Assembly (NCBI RefSeq): GCF_006345805.1
Contig: NC_043004.1
Location: 7,626,001-7,690,000, forward strand
Length of the DNA stretch: 64,000 nucleotides
From: Octopus sinensis
Taxonomy: Eukaryota
Direction: 5' to 3'
Position 1 is the stretch's first letter, and each line of letters starts with the position of its first letter. A program made the translations under genes and the position numbers. A model generated the notes under the pieces. It searched no databases. It had not been told where the DNA came from and saw only the letters and a program-made list of their open reading frames with translations. Positions 50,540-62,299 of this stretch are shown in pieces.

Positions 50540-50830
50540 CCATGCCAGTGATACGTTAAAAGCACCATCCGAACTTGGCGTCCGTGTCAGTGACACGTAA
50601 AAGCACCAACTGATCATGGCCGTTTGCCAGCCACATCTGGCCCCTGTGCCGGTGGCACGTAAAAAGCACCCACTACACTCACGGAGTGGTTGGCGTTAGG
50701 AAGGGCATCCAGCTGTAGAAGCACTGCCAAATCAGATGAGCCTGGTGCAGTCTCCTGGCTTCCCAGACCCCGGTCAAACCGTCCAACCCATGCTAGCATG
50801 GAAAACGGACGTTAAATGATGATGATGATT
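50540..50830 (+). mobile_element. RTE 3'-UTR copy; further copies at ~44640-44910, 52250-52490, 55760-56152, 57410-57780, 57960-58302, 59810-60010 and 60628-60930
   Basis: Repeated blocks gcacgtaaaaagcacc, gttggcgttaggaagggcatccagctgtagaaac and ccatgctagcatgg, with (GAT)n tails in both orientations. Confidence 0.85.
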
Positions 50831-51370
50831 ATGTAGTGTATAGAGGCTAGTGCCATACTTCTCAGACTTTTTGATGTGGCATACCAGCAGTTTTTTTTTC
50901 CCAATGTGCCAGGGATCGGCAATATTTCCTAGTAATATCAATTTATACCAGAAACAATATATATATAATGAATATAATAAAAGTTGACAATTTTTAAAAT
51001 ATTTATTTTGTAAACAAGTAATGAAATATTACATAAGCATTTTATAATGTTTCTTTCTTTTCTGGAAACTCGCCGCGTACCGGCAGCTGATGGCTCATGG
51101 ACTGGCATCGGTCTGCGGACCACCACTTTCAGTAGCACTGGACTAGTATGCTAAAATGTACACTAGACTAGTTTCTTGGTAGCTTCACTTGTATTGAACA
51201 ATATCTGATGCTTTCAAAATTGCAGATTTGCATTTGAAAACCATCATTATGTATCTGTTATTGATAATAATGATCTAATATTACTGATGCTGATACTAAG
51301 ATATTAAGTTAAAAGAGTTTGAAAAGAAGAAATGAAAATTGTGAGAAATATTTTCTGAAATTCTTTTCAG

Positions 51371-51488
51371 GTTATTAGAAAATATATAGGCCACAAAAGT
51401 GCTGTTCATATTTTACTGACATTTTCTGCACATTTGATATCTGTTGATGAAGACAGCTTTGTACGAGTTTGGAATATCAAAAATAAGG
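51371..51488 (+). CDS. WDR36: WDR36 exon 4 (VIRKYIGHKSAVHILLTFSAHLISVDEDSFVRVWNIKNK)
   Basis: ttttcAG acceptor and GTAAGT donor; 118 nt; WD40 GH...W motif. Confidence 0.9.
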
Positions 51489-53142
51489 GTAAGTTGTTTT
51501 AAAAAAGAAATAACTGTGTAATTAATAATTTCTACCTGTTACTTTTTTCAGTCTTCAAAGCATTTCTGCTTTGAAGTGTGTTTGTGCATTTATTCATAAT
51601 TTATTTTGGAAAAAGTTCCTTCAGCTAATGCAATAATTTCAAGACAAAAAAAGAAATGTAACAGGAAATGATTGGAAGCAAATGTATTTAAAAAAAAAAA
51701 ATTATTGGGACAATAATTAGGATACGGTGCCAGCGTGGCCATGTAGTTAAAAAGCATGCTTCTTAACCATGTGGTTTCTGGTTTAATTCCACTGTATGGT
51801 ACTTTGGAAAGTGCCTTCAACTCTAGGCTCAGACTCACCAAAGCCTTGTGAATGGATTTAATAGACAGAAACTAGTATATAAATATGTTTGTGCATCTAT
51901 GTATCTTTTATTCTTGTTTCATTCATTAGAGTGTGGCCATGCTGGATCACCTCCTTCAAGAATTCATACTTAATTTTTTAGAGCCTGGCACTTATTCTAT
52001 CATTCTCTTTTGTTGAACTGCTAAGTTACACACCAAAACTGGTTGTCAAGTGGTAGCAGGGGACAAACACACACACACAACAGTCTTCTTGCATTTTTTG
52101 TCTACCAAATCCACTCACAAGGCTCTGATGGACCTGAGGCTATAATATAAGACACTTGTCTGAGGTGCCAGGCAGTGGGACTGAATCCCAGCATATGTAC
52201 GTATATATCCCCAGCCCATCCAAAGTACCTTGGATTGCAGAACGACCTGCTGTGCTTACATTGGATCATAGGGCAACCTGCTGTGCTGGAGGAGACCTAT
52301 TGAGTCAAGTACATCAACATCAAAATAAATATCAAATGGAAATTGTAGTTGTGATGCCGGTGGCACGTAAAAAGCACCATCCGAACATGGCCAATGCCAG
52401 CGCCGCCTTGACTGGCTTCTGTGCCGGTGGCACATAAAAAGCACCAACTGATTGTGGCCGATGCCAGCCTCTCCTGGCACCTGTATACATACATGCTTGC
52501 ATGCATGAGAGAGAGAGTGTGTGTGTGTGATTATTGTAAATGGATCCTTACTATAATGGAGCTTAAGTTAGTAAATCCGTAAACGTAACTGAAACACTAC
52601 CAGTCCCTTCTCTGTCTGCCTCTCACAATCCTTTCTAAGTAACAAACTCCTCATCTGTCTCTAAATGAATGAAAGAGTGAGTCAGGCAAGAATATTATCT
52701 TGTCTGTTTACTGTATTACTGTCTAATAATAATATTTCCACCCTTGTAGAGTGATGTCAGGGTATTTTGACTGGTCTCATTGCTTGATATGAGAGCTTCT
52801 ACATGGGTGCCCGATCCATTTGCAGATAGCAAGCATATCTCCTTTAAATCTCTCCCTCCTGTCCTAAACATTGTAGTTCCTGATATACTAAAACATGGGA
52901 TGGACATGACTGAAACACCTTCTGTCTTAGTTCCACTGGATTGAGATGGACCTGGGGCTAAGGAATAACACTTAAGTTTACTTGGACTCAATGAATGAAA
53001 GTCACTGTATGGTCCTTTAAATTGGTAAAAATAGCTATTAGCTTGCTCTCTACCACACCTTATTGAATTAGGAAAGGAAACATTGGACAGTGGAGTACTA
53101 TTTATACAAAATGGCAAGATGAATCGATTGATCTGTCTGTCT

Positions 53143-54154
53143 CTCTTTTACTTGTTTCAGTCATTTGACTGCGGCCATGCTGGAGCACCACCTTTAATCA
53201 AGCAACTCGACCCTGGGACTTGTTCTTTTGTAAGCCCAGTACTTATTCTATCGGTCTCTTTTGCTGAACCGCTAAGTAACGGGGGAGATATACACACCAG
53301 CATCGGTTGTCAAGCAATGCTAGTGGGACAAACACACACCCACCACATATATATATATATATATATAAAACATTATGGTGAATTGAAGAAATGGAGCTGA
53401 ACGCAGATTGAACAGAAATCGTTTATTTCATTTACACGTGTTTCGAAAGGCACAATTACCAAAATCCGATTGAATAATGGGACCATATTGTGTCTTTCTC
53501 TTCAGGAAGAAAATAGGAAATCCGTTGGAAAAACAAAAACAGAACAGAGGCGGAGCAAAACAAATGAACTATGCTCCTAAGAGCCCATGGCGAAACTGTT
53601 TCGCCATGGGCTCTTAGGAGCATAGTTCGATTTGTTTTTGCTGCCTCTGTTCTGTTTTGTTTTTCCAACGGATTTCCTATTTTCTTCCTGAAGAGAAAGA
53701 CACAATATGGTCCCATTATTCAATCGGATTTTGGTAATTTGTGCCTTTCAAAACACGTAGAATGAAATAAAACGATTTCTGTTCAATCTGCGTTCAGCTC
53801 CATTTCTTCAATTCACCAATAATGTTTTAATTTCAATTATCCGCACCGACGCACGGTTGCAACACCATATGGTTGTACCTCCAACCGTGCTGTTTACTGC
53901 TGTGATTTTTGCTACTAAGGTATCGGTTAAACTTTTGATTAATCTACTACAAGATTATTCATCTTTCTATTTCACATAATATATATATACATATATACGA
54001 CGGGCTTCTTTCAGTTTCTGTCTACCAAATCCACTCACAAGGCTTTGATTGGCCCAAGGCTATAGTAGAAGACACTTGCCCAAGGTGCCACGCAGTGGGA
54101 CTGAACCCGGAACCATGTGGTTGGTAAACAAGCTACTTACCACACAGCCACTCC
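53143..54154 (-). mobile_element. tRNA SINE split by a ~610-bp insertion in its internal microsatellite
   Basis: 3' half at 53143-53345 and 5' half at ~53980-54154; compare the intact copy at 37473-37864. Confidence 0.8.
53367..53828. repeat. 462-bp near-perfect palindrome (230/231-bp arms, 1-nt centre at 53597) with hammerhead-like motifs
   Basis: The arms are reverse complements with a few mostly indel differences; centre reads catggcgaaac-t-gtttcgccatg. Confidence 0.92.
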
Positions 54155-54314
54155 TGTCTGTCTATTAAACTAGACAAACATTTCCTAAAAGGCAGTGTTT
54201 TTCCTATTAGCTAAAATAGATATCTAAGAACATGTTGCATTGCAGATCTAACCAATTTATAGAAAAACAAACTACAAAATGATGTGCATTTTTTTTTTTT
54301 GTCTCCTCCTACAG

Positions 54315-54502
54315 AACTTTACTTGGAAATGTCTTTTGACAATAAACAATTTCAAGTTACTTCAGTGGTTCATCCTGTCACATACCTTAACAAAGTATTA
54401 TTTGGAAGTGCACAAGGCACTCTACAACTGTGGAACTTAAAATCAAATAAACTTATTTATACATTCCCTGGGTGGAATTCCAAAGTTACCGTTCTTGAGC
54501 AG
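54315..54502 (+). CDS. WDR36: WDR36 exon 5 (ELYLEMSFD...HPVTYLNKVLFGSAQGTLQLWNLKSNKLIYTFPGW...EQ)
   Basis: cctacAG acceptor and GTAATA donor; 188 nt; close match to WDR36 HPSTYLNKILLGSEQGSLQLWNVKSNKLLYTFPGW. Confidence 0.95.
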
Positions 54503-54641
54503 GTAATATAATTCATTTTTGTTTTTTTTCTTTTTGGGAAAACTTTCCCGAATTGCTAAATAGACTCAGTGTAAAACTGGGCAAACTGCTGTTCGTCTTT
54601 GCTTTCTGTTTACGATGTATATTTATTTCTAATACTGCTAG

Positions 54642-54774
54642 GCCCCTGCAGTTGATGTCATAGCAGTCGGCCTGGAGGATGGTCGCATTATTGTACATAA
54701 TATCCGTTATGATGAGTCTGTGATGAAGTTTACTCAAACCTGGGCTCCTGTTACCACTATATCCTTCCGATCAG
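54642..54774 (+). CDS. WDR36: WDR36 exon 6 (APAVDVIAVGLEDGRIIVHNIRYDESVMKFTQTWAPVTTISFRS)
   Basis: gctAG acceptor and GTAGTT donor; 133 nt; matches WDR36 APAVDVVAIGL..G..I.HNI.F.E..MKF.Q.W.PIT.ISFR. Confidence 0.94.
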
Positions 54775-54896
54775 GTAGTTATTATATTTTTATATCCTTC
54801 AACTTGAAAAGTAAATACTTTATACCACTTTCACCTTGTGCAGTATTAACATGAGAGATGTTAGTGCAGCTGGTCTTGTCTTCATAATTGTTGATG

Positions 54897-54921
<25 letters not shown>

Positions 54922-54932
<11 letters not shown>

Positions 54933-55067
54933 TCACTGCCTGCAATCGAACCCGGAATCTTGGGGTTAGTAGCCTGCACTCTTAACCACTACGCCACAGG
55001 CATAGGGTGTAGTGGTTAAGAAGCGTGGGCTACTAACCCCTAGATTCCAGGCAGTGACCTGAATAAT
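54922..55067. repeat. Head-to-head inverted pair of short tRNA-like SINE heads
   Basis: GGCGTAGTGGTTAAG...GGTTCGATT...GGCAGTGACCTG(AAT)n on the minus strand, and a copy with a 12-nt deletion on the plus strand, ~9 nt apart. Confidence 0.75.
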
Positions 55068-56407
55068 AAAAATTCATAATTGTTTGAATGTGTGATGTTT
55101 ATATGAGTGAATGCTTGTATAACATCAGTAGTTGATGGTGGTGATGATGATGAGTTGATTGAACTGACTTTTGATCCTAGACTTTCCTCTGATTGATCCC
55201 GATTCAACAGATCTATGTTATTCCATTTTTTTCCCTTCCACCTACAAGACATTTAGAAATATATTACATGATCCCTTTTTGTAAGATAGAAGGGTGTGTT
55301 TTGAGAGAAAGTCGCCTGTTATTTCTTGCAGGTTGAGTGACTGTAGGGAGCCTCCTGCCCCTCACTCAAGCCAATGGTGGTAGTATAAGGTGATGCAGAC
55401 ACACAGACAGATTGAAACTACTTCAGAACAAATCATGTTACCTTTGAAGAGTGATTGGAGATATTTTCTGCTCCACTTGGTTATGAATTCCTTTCCTTAC
55501 AGATGTATCAGGAATTGAAACTGTATTCCTGACTTTTATTTTAAATAAATTTATTTCTGTCATAAAATCTACAATATTGTCTTGGGGTTCAGTCCCACTC
55601 TACAGCACCTTGGGCAGGTGTTTCTACTATATAGCTCCAGGCTGACCAAAGCCTTTTGAATAGGATCAGTAGGAAACTGAAAGAAGCCCATCATATATGT
55701 ATATGTGTACCCTTGTCTTGACATCATGTGATCATTGTAGGGTGCTAAGAGCACCATTCGAGCGTGATTGTTGCCAGAGTGGCTAACTGGCTTCCGTGCC
55801 GGTGGCACATAAAAGGTACCATTCGAGTGTGATTGTTACCAGCGTTGCCTTACTGGCACGTGTAAAATGATTCGTTACCAGCGTTGCCTTACTAGCACCT
55901 GTGCTGGTAGCATGTCTAAAAAGATTCATGCGAGATCGTTGCTAGTACCGCCTGACTGGCACCTATGCTGGTGGCACGTAAAAGCACCCACTACACTCTC
56001 TGAGTAGTTGGCGTTAGGAAGGGCATCCAGCTGTAGAAACACTGCCAGATCAAGATTGGAGCCTGGTACAGCCATCTGGTTCACCAGCCCTCAGTCAAAT
56101 CGTCCAACCCATGCTAGCATGGAAAATGGACATTAAGCGATGATGATGATGATTGTAAATGAGCATGTTGTTCAATTCCAGTCTTTTATGGAGAACATGT
56201 CTGACCGAGGAGAAACATTTCCAAGTTTGGGAAGCAGATGAGAGTTGGTGCCAGGAATGGCATCAAGCCATAGAAAATTTGTCTCAGCAAAATTTCCAAT
56301 CCATGGAAAAGTGGATGTAAGACAATGATGGTGATGAAATATGTTAATCTAAGCTTTTTATATATATTGAATAATTTTTTTTAAACATGAAATTTACTTG
56401 TTTCTAG

Positions 56408-56583
56408 ATGGTCACCCTATAATGGTCAGTGGTAGTGCATCTGGACATATGGCGGTGTGGGACCTTGAAGAAAACCGTATCAAATGTCAAGTACGTGATG
56501 CTCATCGTTCGTCTATAACTGGGATGTATTGCTTGCCTTCTGAACCCTTAATGGTAACCTCTTCAGGTGACAACACTCTCAAG
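56408..56583 (+). CDS. WDR36: WDR36 exon 7 (DGHPIMVSGSASGHMAVWDLEE...EPLMVTSSGDNTLK)
   Basis: tttctAG acceptor and GTATGT donor; 176 nt; matches WDR36 DGHPVMAAGS..GHIGLWDLE. Confidence 0.94.
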
Positions 56584-58591
56584 GTATGTTAATTAATGAC
56601 AATATCTATTCTATAGAAGAGGATGCTGTTTTTATTTAAGCCTTCTGTATTCTCAAATCCCTTTGTTGTGATAGCATTTTGTTTATAATTTATGGTAAAA
56701 CTAGCACTATGACCCGGCAATGCCAGGTCATAGTGCTAGTGCATGCATATACAGCTGCGTGCGTGCGCACATACACGCGAGTACCGTCCAAATCTCAGAC
56801 CAATCACATACAACTAGCTGGCATTCAATTGGCGTATCAAGTTTCGGGCATTTTGATTGGGTTTTGGATAGAAAATTCACAAAAAAATCACTTCTATTAA
56901 TTTTTTAATGGCTTTGCAGGGTGACTGGGGAAATGTAAAGATGTGCACGACCACCCTTGGACGGTTTTGAATGACCATTGAAAGTGCGAGCCCTCTAACT
57001 GAAAAATTCTGGATTTGTATAAAGGACACACACACAGACATTTTGCCGTTTATATATAGAGAGATGAGAATACTAATGGATGAATCATTCTGGTAGCAGA
57101 CAACCAAGAGATTAATGATTAATATCCTGTTATTGGTTCTTTGTTGTTTCTCTAGCCAAGATACATAGTTTCACTCTTAAATTACAAAATTGAAAATATA
57201 TATTTTAAAAGCTGGAAATTTTGGTAATCCAAAGAAAAAAAAAAGTTACGTGTGTGACCTCTGCTCCATGTATTGAGTGCTACTGAGCGTTGTTATAATG
57301 GGTCACTTATTGCTCAGCACTGAAATTATTCTGAACTTTAAAAAGAAGTTTATTGTTGTTGGTTAGCTGTAGGTCAGCCTAGCATATGGAGCAACTATAG
57401 AGGCTCCCATCATCATCATCGTTTAATATGTTTTCCATGCTGGCATGGGTTGGACGGTCTGACTGAGGTCTGCAAAGCCAGCAGCTGTACCAGGCTCCTA
57501 TCTGATCTGGCAATGTTTCTACAGCTGGATGCTCTTCCTAATGCCAACCACTCTGAGAGTGTAGTGGATGCTTTTTATGTACCACCGGCATAGGACCCAG
57601 TCTAGTGGGCCTGGCATCGATCACGTTCGGATAGTGCTTTTTACATTCCACCAGCATGGGAGTCACTCAGTGGGTACTGGCATCAGCCACGTTCAGACGG
57701 GGCCTTTTACATGCCACCGGCACAGGAGCCAGTCAAGTTGGCCTGGCATTGATCACGTTCGGGTCATCGATCACAAAATCCCTAGAAGCTTGTGAGAGAT
57801 GAGTTAATTGTGGAATGGGTAGTTATGTAGTTGCAGTCACACATTATAATTTATTGGAACTAGAGCCAGTCCACTTATGCATACCTTTCCTTCCTTCCTC
57901 CTTCTTGGGACACAAAATTCTGCTTGCGAACACCTGTTGAGGCAAGTGAAATTGAAATCGATCAAAAATCAATGGAAATTGTAGTTGTGATATCAGTGCC
58001 GGTGGCATGTAAAAGAATCATCCGAACATGGCCGTTGCCAGCCCTGCCTTGACTGGCCTCAGTGCCGGTGGCACGTAAAAAGCACCTACCGATCGTGGCC
58101 ATTGCCAGCCTTGCGTGGCACGTAAAAAGCACCCACTACACTCTCGGAGTGGTTGGGGCTAGGAAGGGCATCCAGCTGTAGAAACACTGCCAGATCAGAC
58201 TGGAGCCTGGTGCAGCCTCCTGGCTTCCCAGACCCCGGTCGAACCGTCCAACCCATGCTAGCATGGAAAACGGACGTTAAACGATGATGATGATGATGAT
58301 GAGAGCCTGGATCCAATGGCAAAGTGTTGCTAACATAATCTGGAGATTCTGATCCGGTGAGGAGTACTACAGGGACTTCGACTGCTTTTCTGGAGAAGCT
58401 GAACAGCAAACTGTCAATTTGACAGTGCTACTGCTGCTTAGAAAGGAAGTTGTTCATCGTATTCCATACCTATTTTTCTAAGTTGGTGGAATGACCCTTT
58501 TGAAAACTTTGCCTGTCCACACATTAACCATTATGTGTTTTGTTCTGTTTTTCCCAGTTGATAGTTTTTCTTTTTTTTCTTTTTCTGGTAG

Positions 58592-58712
58592 ATCTGGATT
58601 TTTGATTTGCCTGATGGAAGTCCTCGTTTACTGAGGAAGAGGGAGGGCCATAGTTCACCACCACTCAAAATACGCTATTATGGAGAAAATGGTGAAAATC
58701 TACTTAGTGCAG
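58592..58712 (+). CDS. WDR36: WDR36 exon 8 (IWIFDLPDGSPRLLRKREGHSSPPLKIRYYGENGENLLSA)
   Basis: Polypyrimidine tract + tAG acceptor and GTAAGA donor; 121 nt; matches IWIFD..G..RLLR.R.GHS.P...IRYYG.NG..ILSA. Confidence 0.94.
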
Positions 58713-59000
58713 GTAAGAGAGCAGTCACTGATTATATAACCATTTTCCGGTTAGAAGTTAGGATTTTCTTTATGCTACCATTTTTTCATGTTTTTTTTTG
58801 CATTTTCTCATATTCCACACCATATTTAAAATTCTTAGTTCAGAATGAAGAGTGGTCTATACCTGAAGAATGTGTTTGGATTTTGAAACACATGAAACTA
58901 TTAGTAGCGCCCGAAGACGTAGTGTGACCATTAAATAATATTTGACTCTCACCAGATGGAGTGCTCTCTTTGTTGAATTATACCCCAGATCAATACATTA

Positions 59001-59039
<39 letters not shown>

Positions 59040-59099
59040 TCTTACTCTATGCTTTTTGAAATACTGTCTACTAAGTGACCAACTTGGTCACTTAGTCAT

Positions 59100-59760
59100 C
59101 AGATGCTGTTACCCTAGAAGTACTCTTGTAGGGTACTTATAGGGTGCCCTACAGTTATTTGAAAGGATCTATTTTAACAATGTCCTTACTGCTGATTTCT
59201 CCTACATATCTGCTGCAGACAAAGTTGTTTTCTGCCTGTACATCCAGTGCATCTCCTATGTATCCACATATAGGTACTTTCTGGGGGTACATGTTAAGTT
59301 TACTTTCGGTTCTGTTATGCTTCCACATTTGGAATTTCTTCTAATTCTTCGACTGTTCTGCTATGAGAAAAAGATTATCAGCATACTGAAGATCTGAAGG
59401 AGAATTAGTCTTAAACTCTTCTGTTACTACCTGGAGAACTGTAAGAAGCAGGAAGCGTTTAAGAACTGAGCCTTGATGGACACCACCTGCACACTAAAAT
59501 TCCTCATAGAACTTGTTAATTTTCACCTTACTGATAGTGTTTCCTTACATAGTTTGTACATGTCTCACTAGCCATTCTTGTATACCTATTTTTCATAGTG
59601 ACCACCTGAGTACAAAGTCGGGTACTCTAACAAAGACCTTCTCCAGCTCAATGAATGCTGGGTATAATGGCTTGCACTTCACTAAGAATTTTTGCTTATA
59701 GTTGTCTCACTAGAAAGAGAGTATCAATAGTCCTCCATCACAGCATAAACCTGAACTGCA
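59100..59760 (-). mobile_element. Old RTE RT fragment
   Basis: Degenerate PLYPAFIELEKVF.RVP...W...K.GI.EWLVR.VQ.M and GVHQGSVL motifs. Confidence 0.75.
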
Positions 59761-60398
59761 TCTCACCTTGACTGGTTCTTCTCCTCATTATTTGTTTCTG
59801 TCAATTTCCCTCGTCTGGCACCTGTGTCGGTGGCACATAAAATCACCCACTACACTCTCGGAGTGGTTGGCGTTAGGAAGGGCATCCAGCTGTAGAAACA
59901 CTGCCAGATCTGACTGGCCTGGTGCAGCCTTCGGGCTCCCCAGACTCCAGTTGAACCGTCCAACCCATGCTAGCATGGAAAGCGGACGTTAAATGAGGAT
60001 GATGATGATGAGGATGGTTCATTATTTCTAGTTGTATTTTTTGGAGCATTTCCTTAGCATTTAAAGAAATATGGCCACACCAGTCATTAAGAGTGACTCT
60101 TTCTTGCACTTCTTGATCAAACATGTGACCAGTGCCTCTTATATTTCACTGGATATTTTCAACACCTCATTAATCATCCCTTATAGTCTAGTTCCTTTTT
60201 CTGCTTTCATATCATAAATAGCCATTGCCTGTATGTTATTAATCTCATTAACTCTAAGAGCAAATTTAAACCTGTAACTGAAAGGTACAGTCCTGGGACT
60301 AATCGTCCATTTTCAATATTTGTCAGATGTGGAAAAATGTTAAAGCTTTGTAATGTTTTCCTTATTTGCTGTTAAACCTACTTTAATTTTTTTTAAAG

Positions 60399-60545
60399 GT
60401 CTTGACAGTACTTTGCGATCCTTCTCTCTTGTACATGATAAACACAATAAAAGTTTGGGACAAGCATCTTACTATAAGAAAAAATCTAAACGTGAAAAAT
60501 TAAAAGATAAATATGTAATGCCACCAATCTTTGATTTTGCTGCAG
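60399..60545 (+). CDS. WDR36: WDR36 exon 9 (GLDSTLRSFSLVHDKHNKSLG...MPPIFDFAA)
   Basis: ttttaaAG acceptor and GTAAGT donor; 147 nt; symmetric phase 1/1; matches DGTLQSFSTVHEKFNKSLG...LPPITKFAA. Confidence 0.92.
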
Positions 60546-61565
60546 GTAAGTGGAAAGTTTTCATTGGTTCACTTGTATTGAAGTCCAGCTTTCACAAAAT
60601 CAGATCTGCTAGAAACCTAATCATTATCATCATCATCATTTAACGTCCGCTTTCCATGCTAGCATGGGTTGGACGATTTGACTGAGGTCTGGCGAACCAG
60701 ACTCCAATCTGATCTGGCAGAGTTTCTACAGCTGGATGCCCTTCCTAATGCCAACCACTCCGAGAGTGTAGTGGGTGCTCTTACGTGCCACCGGCACAGG
60801 TGCCGGTAAGGCGACGCTGGTAACGATCACACTTGAATGGTGACTTTTATGTGCTACCGGCATGGAGACCAGATAGCCGCTATGGCAATGATTACGCTCG
60901 GATGGTGCCTTTTACGTGCCACTGGCACTCATCTCTTAGGCTTTCACCCTCAAGTTGTTGGCTGAAAGCATTGCTGTTGCTATTGACATGAGCAAGGAAC
61001 ATGGACATTAAATGATGATGATGCTCCCACATGGTTGCTGTTCTCCAGCTAAAATTAGTAAAAGAATCATAATAATGATGTCTTCTGGCATTCATCAAAT
61101 GCAAACGAGAGCTGAACAACGTCTCAAACCGCTCTGAGTTTGACAGCTGTGCTGTATTATCAAGAACTTGGGCATCTTGCAAATCTTTTGAGTTTCATTT
61201 TGCAAAACGGTTTTATGTTAACCCTTCCGCATGCAGGTTCCTCTCTCAAATATAATGCTTATTTACATTTTGAATTGATCTTGTTGTATCTTATGGCTTC
61301 ATGATTTTCATGATGTGATTGGTTGATTTTAGAATGACATTGTAGGATAGGTGTGAAAGGCTAGATCTAGCCAGTTTGAACATCAAACAGAATATTTGAG
61401 CTGGGTATGGTTAGTTTAAATGCTAAAGGCTTCAACATAAATGTACTCTCCTCTCATTCTTTTGATTTAAAAAATTTTCATTTTATTAGTAAAAATTTTT
61501 TTATTTCATTCTTTGAAAAAGCTCAGATTAAACCTTGTGAAATTTAATTATTTGTTAATCTTTAG

Positions 61566-61729
61566 AGGTTCGGCGTGAGAGTGATTGGGATAACATCGTG
61601 GCCTGTCATCGAGGAAGCCATTTGGTGACGACATGGAGCTACCTGCGTTCCACCATGGGTGACCGTAAATTTGATGTGTACAAACAAAGGAAAGAAGCCA
61701 AAGATGATGGTACAGATATAACAGCCACA
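61566..61729 (+). CDS. WDR36: WDR36 exon 10 (EVRRESDWDNIVACHRG...TTWSY...DITAT)
   Basis: tttAG acceptor and GTGAGT donor; 164 nt; matches EARESDWDGIIACH.G...STWNY...DITAT. Confidence 0.93.
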
Positions 61730-61898
61730 GTGAGTTGGTATATTGTTTGTGTTTTCCTTTAGACATGTTGCTATGGTAACCCACATGCAGAATTAAACAA
61801 AATAATGTTTCTTTCAAGAGCTTAAACTGTTGTTTACATTATGGGGTTTTTAAATGATAAATTTAATTAACGAAGCCAATTTTTTATTTATTTTTTAG

Positions 61899-62013
61899 AG
61901 TGTAGCAATCACTTCATGTGGTAATTACTGCCTGCTTGGTTATAGTTCTGGCCATGTGGATGTATTCAACATACAGTCTGGAATTTACCGAGGATCATAT
62001 GGTGAAGAGAAAT
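61899..62013 (+). CDS. WDR36: WDR36 exon 11 (SVAITSCGNYCLLGYSSGHVDVFNIQSGIYRGSYGEEK); gene continues beyond the window
   Basis: ttttttAG acceptor and GTAGGT donor; 115 nt; matches AVDITSCGNFAVIGLSSGTVDVYNMQSGIHRGSFG. No further exon recognised before 64000. Confidence 0.92.
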
Positions 62014-62299
62014 GTAGGTTTTTATAAACGTTTTACTTGTACACACCTGCATGCACATACACACACATACACACATCAGTAAGACAGTCTGCTGATTCTT
62101 GGATAGGTAATGCTTACCTGGTGGGAATTATATAATAATTGAAGTACATGATGATGTAGTGGATGGTTTTTGTAAAATTTGTTGACATTGCAGATAACCT
62201 AGGGGGACCAGGCAACAAAATCGATTGTATCTCTGGCTGTATGCTTTGTCTGTAGTCATAATGTTTAACCCTAAACGGCCAAGTTCTAAATATATATAT

